The notes: a model not told the origin generated them from the letters alone. Positions 14,301 through 27,397 are shown, counted from the first letter of the stretch. The stretch is 64,000 bases of DNA from Psilocybe cubensis (GCA_017499595.2 CM039004.1:1426001-1490000), one strand, 5' to 3'. Made by a program: numbers and translations.

Positions 14301-14672
14301 TACCTCTGGGTTAGATAGTGAGCTCCTCAGCTCTTCTACGGCACTCGTTAGAGTTTCAAAGCGGGTTTGAACAGACTTGCAGGTCTTCAGTTGATGCTGA
14401 AATGTAGGAAGGTCGGATTGTATGCGGTCATGAATACGTTGCTAGAGTATGCGCAATGATACATCTTCTAATTAGGGTGTATATATGCAAAGAAGCATTG
14501 CATTGCTCACTTCCGTTTCATGTATCGAGTTGTCTAGGTCGTGTATCCATGACGAGACCAAAGCAGAGGTCAAGGTGTCTTTGGTAGCTGAATCAATCTT
14601 GTAGAGGATTTTGGATGAAATATCGACAGGGGTTGAACGTTTGGGTAAGTGTTCTGGTACCGGGAAAGCCAT
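11356..14672 (-). CDS. ZW10: Dsl1/ZW10 family tethering subunit
   Basis: Starts MAFPVPEHLPKR. Central acidic Trp-rich loop. C-terminal DIPEVESHRISELC..WLKFSYLSELL..LADITYLFEQGALVDF..ELVNLVRSLFSDT matches the ZW10/Dsl1 C-terminus. Confidence 0.88.
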
Positions 14673-14846
14673 TCTGTCCACAGGTCGTGCCTTGCACTGA
14701 ATGTGTGGGGCTACTGGTGAATGAACAGTGAGAGTTGTGGCGAAAGCATTGAGTATGACCACGTGGACGCGAGCAACGTCAGTTAATGGACTCAAATAGC
14801 AATTGTCATATACCCGTCGCTTGTCTCTCTACTCACCAGTCCCGTC

Positions 14847-15417
14847 ATGATCATGTTGGGACGCGTCTTTCTGTTAGTGGCCACATTAGCCATTTTCCAT
14901 GGTATGTCTGCACCTTGATAACTGGTAATAAGTGTTTAACCGTCTCCCTCAGCCGCCTTTTCCACCTATGAGCGTATGTAATCGCCATAACAGGCGCTTC
15001 ACACTGGGTACTTAGATTGTTGTAATTCAACTACAGACCTCTCCCATTTAAAGGCCCTTGAGCGGCCTGAGGGATCTCTGCCTCAAGATGTAACACATGG
15101 TTCTATCAACTGTAGTTTAAACGCTGATCATATTCACTCCTGCCTGTGTTTCGTTATGCAGATTGTTATAGAAATATTCGTTGCCCTCTTTTTGGGGATC
15201 CTTGGAGCTTGCTTGAACACACCCGTGCTCAAGGAAATAACATGGTCCAGCGAAATGAGGACACGGTGCGTCGACAATTGATTTCTTAATCTCAAGCTTA
15301 TTTAGTCAATTATTTGGGCCTCCCAGCAACATCGACGAAATGGACTCAAGACTGGGATTCGCGAGCTACGTCAATCGTGGAAAACATATCCTTTCGAAGT
15401 CCATGAAACCTCTGTAA
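14847..15417 (+). CDS. EMC5: ER membrane complex subunit 5 (MMgT family), 107 aa, 5 exons
   Basis: Exons 14847-14901, 14953-14973, 15037-15089, 15162-15265, 15327-15417 give MIMLGRVFLLVATLAIFHAAFSTYEHLSHLKALERPEGSLPQDIVIEIFVALFLGILGACL..IDEMDSRLGFASYVNRG: two TM helices with the HAAxSxxE, LPxDIxxE and FxxxxxRG motifs. Confidence 0.9.
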
Positions 15418-16206
15418 CATTTTTGAACGGTGGAAAAGGGTAATCATGTTTGCTTTTGGTTAGAATTTATTCGATCATACGCCTACAGATACATAATGAC
15501 GAAGTCAACTCTAAAATTCAGTCATATTCGTATAACAGCCTTTCAACTCACTGAATCTGAGTGGATTTATTGACTTAACTTGCAGAAGCTTCTTTGAGAT
15601 CTTTACAACTGATCTTGGACTGATCCAGTAATTCGCTTGATTTAAGGGATCTGCGAGCTAGATGTATAAATTTCAGATATATATTCCTTTCATGTTCTAT
15701 GTTCTCTCATTGAGGACCGTCATCACATTACAAATATCGAAAGATACAGTCAGCGGTCACCAATTTGTGGATAGCTTCTCTTCTCTCTGCCATTTGACAT
15801 TTGTTTGGAAATGCCAGGAACTTTCAACTATTTACTTTGTCAATAATTACCACTACCATTTACAAATATAGTAAGTTCAAGTTGTGAAAAGTCTGGGACT
15901 ATCGAACCTCTCGACAACTCTCTCTACAGCTACTTAATCCCAGCTAATCCACAATTCCGTAGAATCCGTACCTTTTGGGAATGGTGAATAATAGTATAAT
16001 TGTCTACATTTAGCTAAAAGCACCGCTTGCGAACTGATTTATACCTCGGACTTCAAAATAGGCCTTGGGGCGGAAACGTGTTCACATCGTTCTTACTTTC
16101 CACTCTCACCAACGGTGGTCCAAGCGCCGGGGTCATCACATCACTGTCTTGCTACTTAGAAAATTCGGTCGACATTACAATCTTATATTCTGACACTGGC
16201 GCGGGA

Positions 16207-18149
16207 ATGAAGAATACAACCCGAATCGGAATCGTTCTAGCAGTCAGCATCGCGTTTTTTTCGGCGGAAATAGCAGGCGCGTATCAAAACAGTTGGATGA
16301 CAAAAATTGAAATTCCTTTCATAGTCAGAATACTGACTCGCTGATGTTCCCAGTTGGCTTCAAAACCAAGAGTCTTGCTTTGATTGCAGATGCGGTTCGT
16401 CTCAATCTTCTTCATTTCCGAGACCCCCATATTGCCCCGCAACTAATCCGACACCGTTCTCCCGCCGACAGTTCCATTATTTAAATGTGAGTAGCATGTT
16501 AGCAACTCCAAATAAGTCCTTTTGCTTGACAGATAATGTACACAGGACATCGTGGCCTAGTGAGTTCGCTATTGCATATCAATGCCGATTCTGATGCTAA
16601 TGTTTCATTCATAGCGCCATTGCCTTTGCTGCAGCCTATGTACGTGGCGTTGTTGTCAATCCTTAAATTTTCAAATTAACACACCCCTCTCATTCACCAT
16701 TCATTAAACAACTACAGCTACAAGAGCGAGGCCAACATGTAAGTCAAATATACAGGTTGGAAGATGACTGCGTGTAAACCTGTCAACCTCGTGTTCCGTC
16801 AGACACACAGCTTCACGTACGCATTTCATCGCGCCGAGTTGGTCGGTATGGAAATTTTCGATTTATTGACTCCCTCTAAATGTATGATGTCAAACAAAAT
16901 TAACAGGGGCGTTTTTCAATGGAGTTTTTCTCCTGGCATTGGCCTTGTCAATATGCTTACAATCCATAGAGCGGTTTGTCCATGTGGAAACCGTCGAGTC
17001 GCCGAAACTTGTCCTTATTATTGGCTGTATTGGTTTGGCTTTGAATATCTTTAGCGCAATAGTTGTTCATGGTAAGTAATTAATTTATATTTGAACTGTA
17101 GACTAGGCTTACATTGAACAACTCAAGATCACCACGGTCATGGTCACGGTCATTCCACGTCATTCACTACTGACCCTTTGGAATTGAAAATCACCAACCC
17201 ACAGAGGGATGCCATGGTGCGCCGGCTATAAAAATTATTTTTCGGACGTTAAGACATAACATTTTCTAGCACGCCACACATAATCACAGGATCGACCCGC
17301 CAGTCAGTGCCCCGCAACATAACCTCGGCTTGGTTGGTGTCTTGACGCATCTTCTGGGTGATGCTATTAACAGTATGTTTCGTTTAATATACTTCTTGAC
17401 CATTGCTTTTACTCGGACATGTCTTCTGCAGACATAGGCGTCATAATTGCCGGAATAATTTTCATAAAACTCAGTTCCCCAAAACGTTTTTACGCTGACC
17501 CCGCCGTATCTATGGCCATAAGCTTCATAATATTCGGAAGTGCCGTTCCGCTAAGTAAACAATGGCGAAGTATCATTATAAAACTGTTTCTAATTATAAT
17601 TTCGCATCCATGTAGCGTTGAAGTCTGGGAGAATTCTGTTAGAAGCTTCACCAATACACCTCGACCTTGCCAAAGTAAAGGAAGACCTACTTTCTGTAAG
17701 TTGCTTTCTTTTGGAAGTTCACCTCCCTAATGTTTAGGCAATTGTGCACTCAATGTAAAACATCCTAGATTCCCGATGTGCTCTCCGTGCATGATCTTCA
17801 TGTCTGGCATCTCTCGCAGTCGTGAGTAAAGCCTAAAGCCTATCTAAGCTTCCCATAACCATGTTATGATTCTCGACCTGCGGATAGGGTTATCCTTGGT
17901 TCTCTCCATGTTTGCGTACCCCTCGGCACTTCTCTCGAACAATGGGAACAAACAGAACGGTACTTGCAGCATTGCTTCGAAGAATATGGAATCAGCCACG
18001 TCACCATTTCTCCGGAGATTTATAGAGATTTCGAGTCTACCTCTTCTTCTGCGGAACATACCAAAGCTGGGTGCAGGCTTCCTTCTGAAGATGACTTCGG
18101 GTGCGTCGTCAGTGAACTAAAGAAACGAAAAACCGCAGGTGGTGCTTGA
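16207..18149 (+). CDS. ZRC1: Cation diffusion facilitator, Zrc1/Cot1-like Zn/Co transporter
   Basis: Spliced: EIAVGFKTKSLALIADAFHYLND, FTYAFHRAELVGAFFNGVFL, His-rich loop HHGHGHGH, HLLGDA, DPAVS, VHDLHVWHLS, GISHVTISPE. Confidence 0.9.
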
Positions 18150-20788
18150 TTTGTTCGGAATACCAATATTATCTATGCTTCATCACCAACATGGGCTGCA
18201 AGTGGCAGCTTCCTGGGACCCCAAAAGCCTTACCGTGTTGTAGATGACAGTACTTTTCATGTGCTTGACTTAGTTATTATTCCATCTCTCGTCGAAAGAT
18301 ATAGAGGTGTAGTTGTGACGCTTAAACTAAACATTGAACAGCGATTGACTTAAAAAGGAATGTGTTCCACCAAATTGATCGTTTTCTGATTATCTGGTTA
18401 AGCTATCTCAACGTGACGCTTAACCCTTCGCTTAAGTTGAAGAATGGAGACGACGTAATGTGATAGTGCCACCAGTACAAGCATTTCTTCTTAGGCACGA
18501 TGCTTGTCCAAACTAGAAAGACCACGGATAGCATGGTTAGCATTTGATCCTGTTGTTACATCCTAGAAAAAAAATTTGTTTTGCTAGCGGATCATAAGTG
18601 AAGAGGTAGGTTTGCCAACCCTGAGAGGGTCAGACTATACCAGTTGGTTGCTTCGCGGTCATCGTGGGTCGACACTTGAAAAATTATTAGTGTGGATATC
18701 GACATCGTTTAAGTGATAGAATCCTAGGAATTCAAGTGCCATGCGAGTGCTATAAATAGCGCCAATGCGTGAAAATCGTCAAAAGGTTCAGTTAATTCAA
18801 GAGCAATAGGGTAGCAGTCAAAGTATTTTGACTAAGTTGCGTGGACGCTCGGTACGCGGCATGTTATGCTGTTCTCTCGGCGAATCTGACTGTCGGAACA
18901 ATATCCCGCTCCGAGGTTTGTCATCGACAGTCCGATCAAGGTGACAGCATCTGGATACGACTAGACAAGTGGTAAACACATTAAGAAAACTGTGGGGTAA
19001 GTGATACCAAAAGCCGCGGAATATATCCTGAACGAGGTCTTTGGCGTGGTTGCCAGAGGCCCAAGACCCTCTCAAAGAATGCAGATCTTGAGGAAATGAA
19101 TCAAAATGAAGATTTGAGCGAGTAATATATGGGCCCGCAAATCGCTCTGTTATATCCTACAGATTCCAACGAAAATTTCAGACCAAGGGACGGTGGAGAA
19201 AGCGATGCCCATGTAGTAGCAGCTTCTTCCGGGCCACCATTCTGAACCGATTCTAAACTCTGGGGAAAACAGTAGGACAGGGACGAGCCATTCGCTTGGT
19301 ATGGTTCAAATGAAATAAGCAATGGACCACAAAAGTTTCGGGGTTTCAATGGGTTGCGGCGGTGCTCAACGTCCAGAACGTCCAGAATTGGCAACTTGCT
19401 TCGTGGACCTTCACCCAAAACATCTTTGGGTTCTCCAGACCAGTATCGTAAGAGTGGGCCCCACTGAATTATTGGTTCGGAGAGCGCCAAATTGATCAAG
19501 AATTTTTGAATGTCAGTTCTTATCACCAACCCCAACTGAAAAAGGTTTCGGGGTGGGCCCACTGAGATTGGAGAACGCATTAGGAGCGAAAATTGTGGAG
19601 GCTATGAGATTCCGCAAATGATCGCAGCACGGACAAAACCATGGACGTCCTCGAGGCAAGACTTGGTCCTCTTGGGATGCAACGTGTTGGTCACGCGTCG
19701 GGTTCAGACTGAACACGAGGCAAAACGCGGTCCCAAGTAACAGCGAAAAGAGGAGACGAACTGAGGTACGAGACTCGTTAATAGGACTCGCTATAAATTT
19801 CTAAGGTCAATCTGCATCTGCCGAATTTGAAAAGGTTATCAAATGGATTTGTGAATTGAGAAAAAATTATTTGACAGCTGCTTACAAGGTCTCGTCACAC
19901 AATTGTGGTGCAATACGTTCCAGTTGATATTAACCACGCATTTTTCATGGCATAAGATTAGTTATGCTGTACCATGAAACCAAGTCAAATAAAAAGGAAG
20001 ATCATTTAAATGTTTTGCTTTAAACATGAATAGATGGTTAATAACGAGTTTGCGAGCCACTCCCACCGGCAGGTCATCGGCTTCTGGAGAAAGGAAGAAT
20101 AGAGAGAAATACGTCAGTGCGAAGAAAAGGGAGTTCACGAAAAAGCAATGAATGACGCATGTCAGTATTGAGTGTACTGACTTGGGTTGGTCTGGTTGAA
20201 GCCACATTTTGAGCAGATCAGAGGATCAGAGGCAATTTCCGATCTGGTCTCTTCAAGGAAGAAGAAATTTTACTGAGATACTGCTTCTATAACCACGAGG
20301 AATCTATTTCGGCGACATTGCCAGGATTGTAGGCATAAAATGGCGTTCCGGATGACAAAAGTATGAACCCTTGGCCATTGACAACGTTGGAGAGTGAATT
20401 ACAAGGTACAGTCGGAGAAGGTAAAGCGGTAAGATGCTTGGAACGAGGTGAGAAGAGGAGAGTCGGAAATTGAGAATGAACAAAACCGAACACAGCCAGA
20501 AGACAAACGAGATGAGTGAGCCGATCGTATTGGGTCGTTTTCCTCGAGTTCACGTGACCGGCTATCTGTGACCGGTCATTAGTAACTTGCCTTTTTGGTA
20601 TGGGCTACAAAGCTGTGCGAGATCTTTCAAATCTTTGTACGACTCCTTTGCTAAAACCTTCACCGAGATCCATCCTCCGAGTCAGAATCCAACGGACTAT
20701 ATAATGCACATACTCCATTCTTCACTTTTTCCATTGATCCGGCAAGACCTTAGCGTCTCAATCCTTTCTCTTCTCCACCATCCTGGCG

Positions 20789-23080
20789 ATGATCTCAGAC
20801 TCCCTCAGAGGCTCAAAAGCTCCTAGCAAGGCGGCTACCAAACCACTGAAAAGAGGGAGAGCATGCATGAGCTGCAGGTGAGTGGACTCCCTTAGTTTTT
20901 TTGCACACCTAATTTGACCTTGAAAAAGATTTTTAAAGATTGTGAGTTACTAATGTTTCTCAGTTTTCAACGACAATTGACGGCGCCTCCGTGCTTTCTA
21001 GAAATGCGATGGCGAGAAACCTGTGTGTGGTCCTTGTCGCAATCATCCCAGAGATGACGAGTGCGAATACTCGGATGGTCCAGGGAGGTCGAGAACGAAA
21101 ACATTAGAGGAACAGGTTTCGCGCTTGGAAGCACGGATACTTGAACTAGAACATCCAGACAGTTCAACACCCTCTGTTGTCCTGCACGATCCATATCCAA
21201 GTCCGTTCCAGGTTGAGCGTCATTCAAAATCACCTCCTCTGCATCTCCCTGAACATCCTCCCGCATTCGCTCCACTATCTCCGTTTTCTCCGACTTCGAC
21301 TACGTCGAGTCTTCCTTCTGGTAGGCACTGGAACAAATTTTCAGCACTTGGGGAAAAAACTGAACTAACAGGGTCGAGTGGATCCTCTACTTCACCAATT
21401 CGTCATCCGGTAGCTATGCCATATCTTGGTGCCGAGGTACGTCTTTTCATACCGCTTTATGACTTATCTCTCAGAAAGGCATCTCTCACAGGAACCATCT
21501 TACAGTCAATTACAAGCTTCGTAAGTTCGCCTCCTTAAGCTTCAATATTACCCCCTGAAACAATGTATCTAGGCTGGACGTTTTTTTTCTGCATGCTCCT
21601 CATTTTGGGTTTTTCCTCAATTCCAATTCCTTCCGCCACTCTGCTCTCCTTGCATTCAATCTTGGCCATCCCAGTCGCCCTACCCCAGGACTTCTCAATG
21701 TTGTCCATTTGCTTGGGCTTCATTTCTCTCAACCCGAAGCCTTCCAGGGTCAAGAAAGTGCTCTTTTAATACGGGCCGTGCAGCATGTCTCCACAGACTT
21801 GATGGGTACACACCCCAACAAAGTTATTCATACGCTTCAGGCCGAAGTCCTTCTTGCGTATTACTTTCTTCGAACAGGCTCGCTGTTGGAAGCAAAGTGT
21901 CGCACGGGAACAGCAATATCTCTAGCTTTGGGCTCAGGATTGCATAAAATTCGTTCAGCCAACTTTTTGGTCCCTTCGACCATAAGCATTGGCTCTCATG
22001 ACCAAGCACATTTGCTACCTCATCCCTCTGATGCTCTGCAAGAAGCTGAAAGGATTAATGGGTTTTGGGCGGTACTTGTACTCCATAAGTTTATCACTGT
22101 GGCTTTGGAGGTGCCAGCGCATGTTTGTGGTGCCCTCGAAGCTCCAGGCATGCTAATAGATACTCCATGGCCCATCGATATAGATCAATTTGAAGAGGTA
22201 CGAGTTTTTTGTCATCTAGTCATCTCGATCTTCCTTAATTTGATTACTCTGAAGGGTATCATACCACCAGAATTACAAGGTAACTCGACTGTCAGAGCCT
22301 TTTTGAACGGTTATCTTGTCGACAATCATAATGGCGAATCTTCCACGGCCTTGGTCGCCAAAGCTGCCATTCTCTTTCATCGGGCAGCGCATCTGACCGG
22401 ACAATGGTCCCCTAGTATGCACATTCCATCTCTCATTGTGGCAATAATTAACTCCATGATTTTCGAAGACATGACACCCAGAGATAAAGTTGCTTATGAC
22501 GCCGCTGCGAAATCTGTGAATACTTTGCTGGAGACCTTCCGCGCGAAACTTGGTGTTAGACCCCGCCTCAATCCCCAAGATCCCTCGGTTCGAACCATTT
22601 TACTGATTCATGCACTCGTTGATGCCGCGTCGATAAAGCTGCATTGGATATTCTCATATGCATACCCGGAATCAAAGCAAATTTGTCTATCTGCTGCCCG
22701 GAACATAGTAAACTATGGAGACTTCGATCTCCAAGGTTTGACGATAATCAACCCGATAATGGGTGTAGGTGGTTATATTACGTTCATTCTTCATGTATTG
22801 ACTGTTATGTAGAACTTGTGGATGACGGCTTGCTTAGTATTTGTCGACGAAATCTCAAGAGCACGGCAGATGCGATCTGGATGGCCGGAACATGCATCAG
22901 TCGAAGAAGAGTTGATGGAAAGTTATCGTAGTGGTCTTAAGGCTATGAGCCTATTTTCACAAGATAGCGTTCTGATGCGTTAGTGAAATCTTTTTGGGTC
23001 TTCTGTTTGTTTATACTAACACCGCTTTTACCACAGGTTATCAGCTAACTAAAGTTCAGGAAGCATTTGAAGTTATTTGA
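20789..23080 (+). CDS. Zn(II)2Cys6 transcription factor with fungal TF middle-homology region
   Basis: Exons including a 13-nt micro-exon 20929-20941 give KRGRACMSCRFLKIKCDGEKPVCGPCRNHPRDDECEY, then a coiled coil (LEEQVSRLEARILELE), LGLHKI-like motif, EAERINGFWAV and IDTPWP. Confidence 0.9.
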
Positions 23081-24126
23081 CAACCTACATTGACACATTT
23101 TCTCTTTTAATTCCCATTACACATCACATGGACCATTTTGTCTGTCGACACATCATCGTGCATTTCGCCACTAGCATATATCACCCTCATGCATTTACCA
23201 CTCATGAAGCTACATAAAATCTGCGCATCGCATCGCACCATTCCATACCCAGCATCTCATTTGATACCTACTCTTCAGGACACCCTTCTTGCCCTTAGGA
23301 ATCAACCGCCTTATTTTCTTTGTCGTTGTTTTGTATTGTAGTCTTGATCGATCTTTTATAGACATCTATGACGTCGTACACTCGCTATGGTTGCAGTTCT
23401 TTTAGTATTTTTTTTGCACCCATATTCTTTTGATTCTCGAACTGCTGTCATTGCCCCCATGCATTTGTATACATAGTCAAGCATTCGACCCGGTCCTGTT
23501 TGCGTAGTGTCTGAGTCTGTATTAATAACCTCCTAGCTTATTTTCATAGTTTTGTAACAATATCATACATCTTAAGCGTAGGGAAAGTCCCTATAATTCT
23601 TAAGCTCTCAGCCTTCTGAAAATAATCCGCGAGCCGCCTTTTGTAAACAGTGAAAAGAGGCGTTGTATAATCTTTAGATGCCATCCATGAAGTGGTTGCT
23701 CATATGGCGACGGAGGGACGAAATATTGGTCACTAAATGCTACACATAGATGACTATTCATTTCGTATTTGCACTGTCAAGATTCTGATAAAATGACGAT
23801 CACGACGATCACGAAAATGTGTCGTTCTGAGAACATAACGTAAATGGGTAATTATTTTTCCTGCTACTTGATTGCGAATGTTACCTGCATTCTTTATGTG
23901 TGAATGTCACAAATTCCTACTGCCCCCAGGTGTAGAATACCACTAGGTTCAGAGAGCTATAGTAAAACAAAGTGGCAAAAACTTAAATCATCGGTGCAGA
24001 GTGGCCCACAGAACTTTGCAATCGATTGAGTAGCAACGCTTTAAGTTATACTACAGCGAAACTAAATATGGGTGGGAGAGCATCTTCTGTCGATAAAAGC
24101 ATGGAGAATCGTGGTCTTTAACATTA

Positions 24127-25516
24127 CTATTTGGCAGATAATTCAACAGCATTCTTGAATGCACCCAGGAGGGCAGTCAGTTGCATCTTCTCGCTACCAC
24201 CAGATGCTAATCGATATCTAAAAACGACGAAGTTAGGAACACAATGCTAATTGGAATAACAGTCGACATACTCTGTAGTTGCCATATGATCTAGAAGATA
24301 GACCCTTGCATGTGGCTTTAGCTCTATCGTCTCTAGGTACTCGTACGTCCCAGTCAGAAGGTCTTGTAGAGCGAGACCTCGCTCAGTTTTGAGCTTTGAT
24401 ATCACTAAAACGTTTGTGAGATCATGCAATTCATATATACTTAAGCATTTGAAGCGTACTTTGGTATGACGTCGTGAACTCGTCAGAAAGCATAGAGTTT
24501 ACGATAGCCTCGATGTCCGCTGGCACAGGATTGCCTGTGCAGTTGTAGATTTCTGTTTCGCCAATGTTATCATATGCAGCATGACATGCTTGTAACACGT
24601 TAAGTGCTCGTCGCATGTCACCTCGGGAAAGTTTGAGTAATGCCCTTTTCCCATCTGCTGTCAGGTTGACGCTTGATTCGAAGTTAGCAGAGCGCGACAG
24701 AAACCAGGAAATAGCATACTTTTCAGCACCCACAACAGTAACGAGGCGCTTTTCGACTTCCTCTATTGGTAAAGGTGAGAATCGGAATCGGGTGCATCGA
24801 CTTTGAATGGCGGGTATAATTTTGTTGACATAATTGCAAATAATACAAAATCGAACGTTTTTGGTGTATTGCTCGATTACACGACGTAGTGCAGCCTGGG
24901 CTTGTTGAGTCATCATATCTGCTTCATCCAGGATAATGAGCTTGAAGCCTTTGGAAAACAATGTCCTTGTTTCCGCAAATTGTTTGACTTGTTCTCGAAC
25001 AACATCGATGCCCCGTTCATCTGACGCATTGAGCTTGATCAAGCATTTAGTAAACCACAAAACGGTCAACAAGTACGAAGGAGATTTACCTCAAGTATTT
25101 GTTTCCTGTAGTCCGTTCCGTATATTCTACGAGCAACAGCGAGAATCGTAGACGTTTTGCCGGTGCCCGGAGGGCCATAGAATAATAAATGAGGTAAACG
25201 GTTCTTCTCTATGAATCGTTCAACTGCCGGATTCCGGTTTTAAGAAAGAAACTAGAATGAACTGAAAGAGGACGAACTGGTGGTGATAATGTCTTTATGG
25301 GATACTACGTCGTTTAAGTCGACTGGCCTGTACTTTTCAACCCTTTAACGTGTGATAAGTGGCACCGCCGCAGGTTGAGAGAGGGGACTAGTGAAAGCAC
25401 CATGGCAAATTGTCATTTTCGGCAGGAAGTTCACGATCGAAAGCCTTTCCCTTGCCCTTGGACAGCGTAGTTGAGAATTCAAGATCCATCATTCGAGTAT
25501 CTTCGTCGCTATCCAT
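24127..25516 (-). CDS. RFC3: Replication factor C subunit (yeast Rfc3 / human RFC5)
   Basis: [58 protein letters not shown]. Confidence 0.95.
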
Positions 25517-25521
25517 TCTTG

Positions 25522-25566
25522 ACGCGTAGTGTTATACAGAAAGGCGCGTCATCAAAAAGAACGCGT
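25522..25566. promoter_or_regulatory. MluI cell-cycle box (MCB) cluster directly upstream of RFC3
   Basis: ACGCGT at 25522-25527 and 25561-25566, and GCGCGT at 25544-25549, in front of a DNA replication gene. Confidence 0.55.
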
Positions 25567-25785
25567 CGAACATGCTTGGCAATGCCTGCCCATCACGTGT
25601 GCGGAGCTCCAACCTTATTTTCTGCAGCGCTCGGGCCATACACAAAGATTACAAAGCAGATAAATGATGACCAAGCAGAAGATATAAAAGCCCGCACCTC
25701 TTTTTCTCTCCTCAAATTTGAGGCTCTTGCTTTTGTCAAAGACTCCACCGTTCATATCGTTGGATAGACCAAAGCGTCCGCAAAC

Positions 25786-26482
<697 letters not shown>

Positions 26483-26601
26483 ATACTTTTGATTACGATT
26501 AGTGATTAGAGGAAGTTGTGTATGTTCGCGCTGTTGAATACATTCATTCCATCCCGTTATCTTTGAAGAAATCAAGAGAATAAACTACACTGCTTTTTCG
26601 C

Positions 26602-27146
26602 TAGTCTCGGCCTCTCATCTTCTTTCGGATCGGTTACCCAATATGGGTACCGGGATGTAACCAATGGTCGCAACATACCATTGTGTTCGCATTTCCTTGG
26701 CACTTTTTTAACAACTGTGCTGTCAAATCAAAGGTGAGCTTTGCCTTAGGCATTCAAGGAATGGCCAACCATGTAGGTTCATTGCCATTGTTTCTCCTAA
26801 TGGCCTATATTACGCATACAGGCATTCTCATAAAAAATGCTTTCCATCTCGAAAGTGAAAAATGGTAGATCCAAACAGTGCTCACTGCTCACAATACTTA
26901 CAGTTATATTTATTATGATTCCAATTAAAGAGTAAAGTAGTATGAATCCTGTACATGTGTGTAAAATTGTGGTAGGGACAATTTTTTTGGCCAGCAGATA
27001 TGCCAAGGAAATGCGAGAAACCCACGAACGCAATGGTACTACATATACTACTTAGTATGTTGCGACCGTTGGTTGTGACCCAGACTCTGACGATGGGTTA
27101 CCCATATTGGGTAACCGATCCGAAAGAGGATGGGAGGCCGAGACTA
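26602..27146. mobile_element. Non-autonomous TIR DNA transposon (MITE), probably Mutator-like
   Basis: Terminal inverted repeats 46/48 identical (26602-26649 vs 27099-27146), extending through gapped blocks to 26702 and 27001. Flanking 9-bp direct repeat ctttttcgc / ccttttcgc (8/9). AT-rich non-coding interior. Confidence 0.88.
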
Positions 27147-27397
27147 CCTTTTCGCCACTACAGTCGACAAGGTGTTTATTATAATCAATACGTTTTGTCA
27201 TGTCTGCATACGTATTAAATTCTAATCTTCTAAGGGTTACTACCACTTAATATGTACAATTACAAGCTAATATGGGTCTAGTTTCTAAATAAAATGTCTA
27301 AGTCTATCTGTGTCTATGTGGGTGGTCGCCCACATTCTATATGTTGATGGGGAGGCAAAAAGGGTTTACAATAGAGTCTAGAGGATAGCAATCACTT

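Noticed and set aside
4649-14672. Kar9-GAS2, TRAPPC12 and ZW10 as a mitotic gene cluster
   Set aside because: Kinetochore roles of TRAPPC12 and ZW10 are known from animals; the Dsl1-type lasso points to trafficking, and adjacency alone is not evidence.
19101-19580. 159-aa minus-strand ORF
   Set aside because: No recognisable motif or gene structure; cannot be supported as coding.
23796-23814. Short tandem duplications (acgatcacg twice here; ccactgaa near 44391) and poly-T at about 42614-42640
   Set aside because: Too short; ordinary slippage, not an array.
26683-27246. Small ORFs in and around the MITE as transposase remnants
   Set aside because: AT-rich, no DDE motif; the element appears non-coding.
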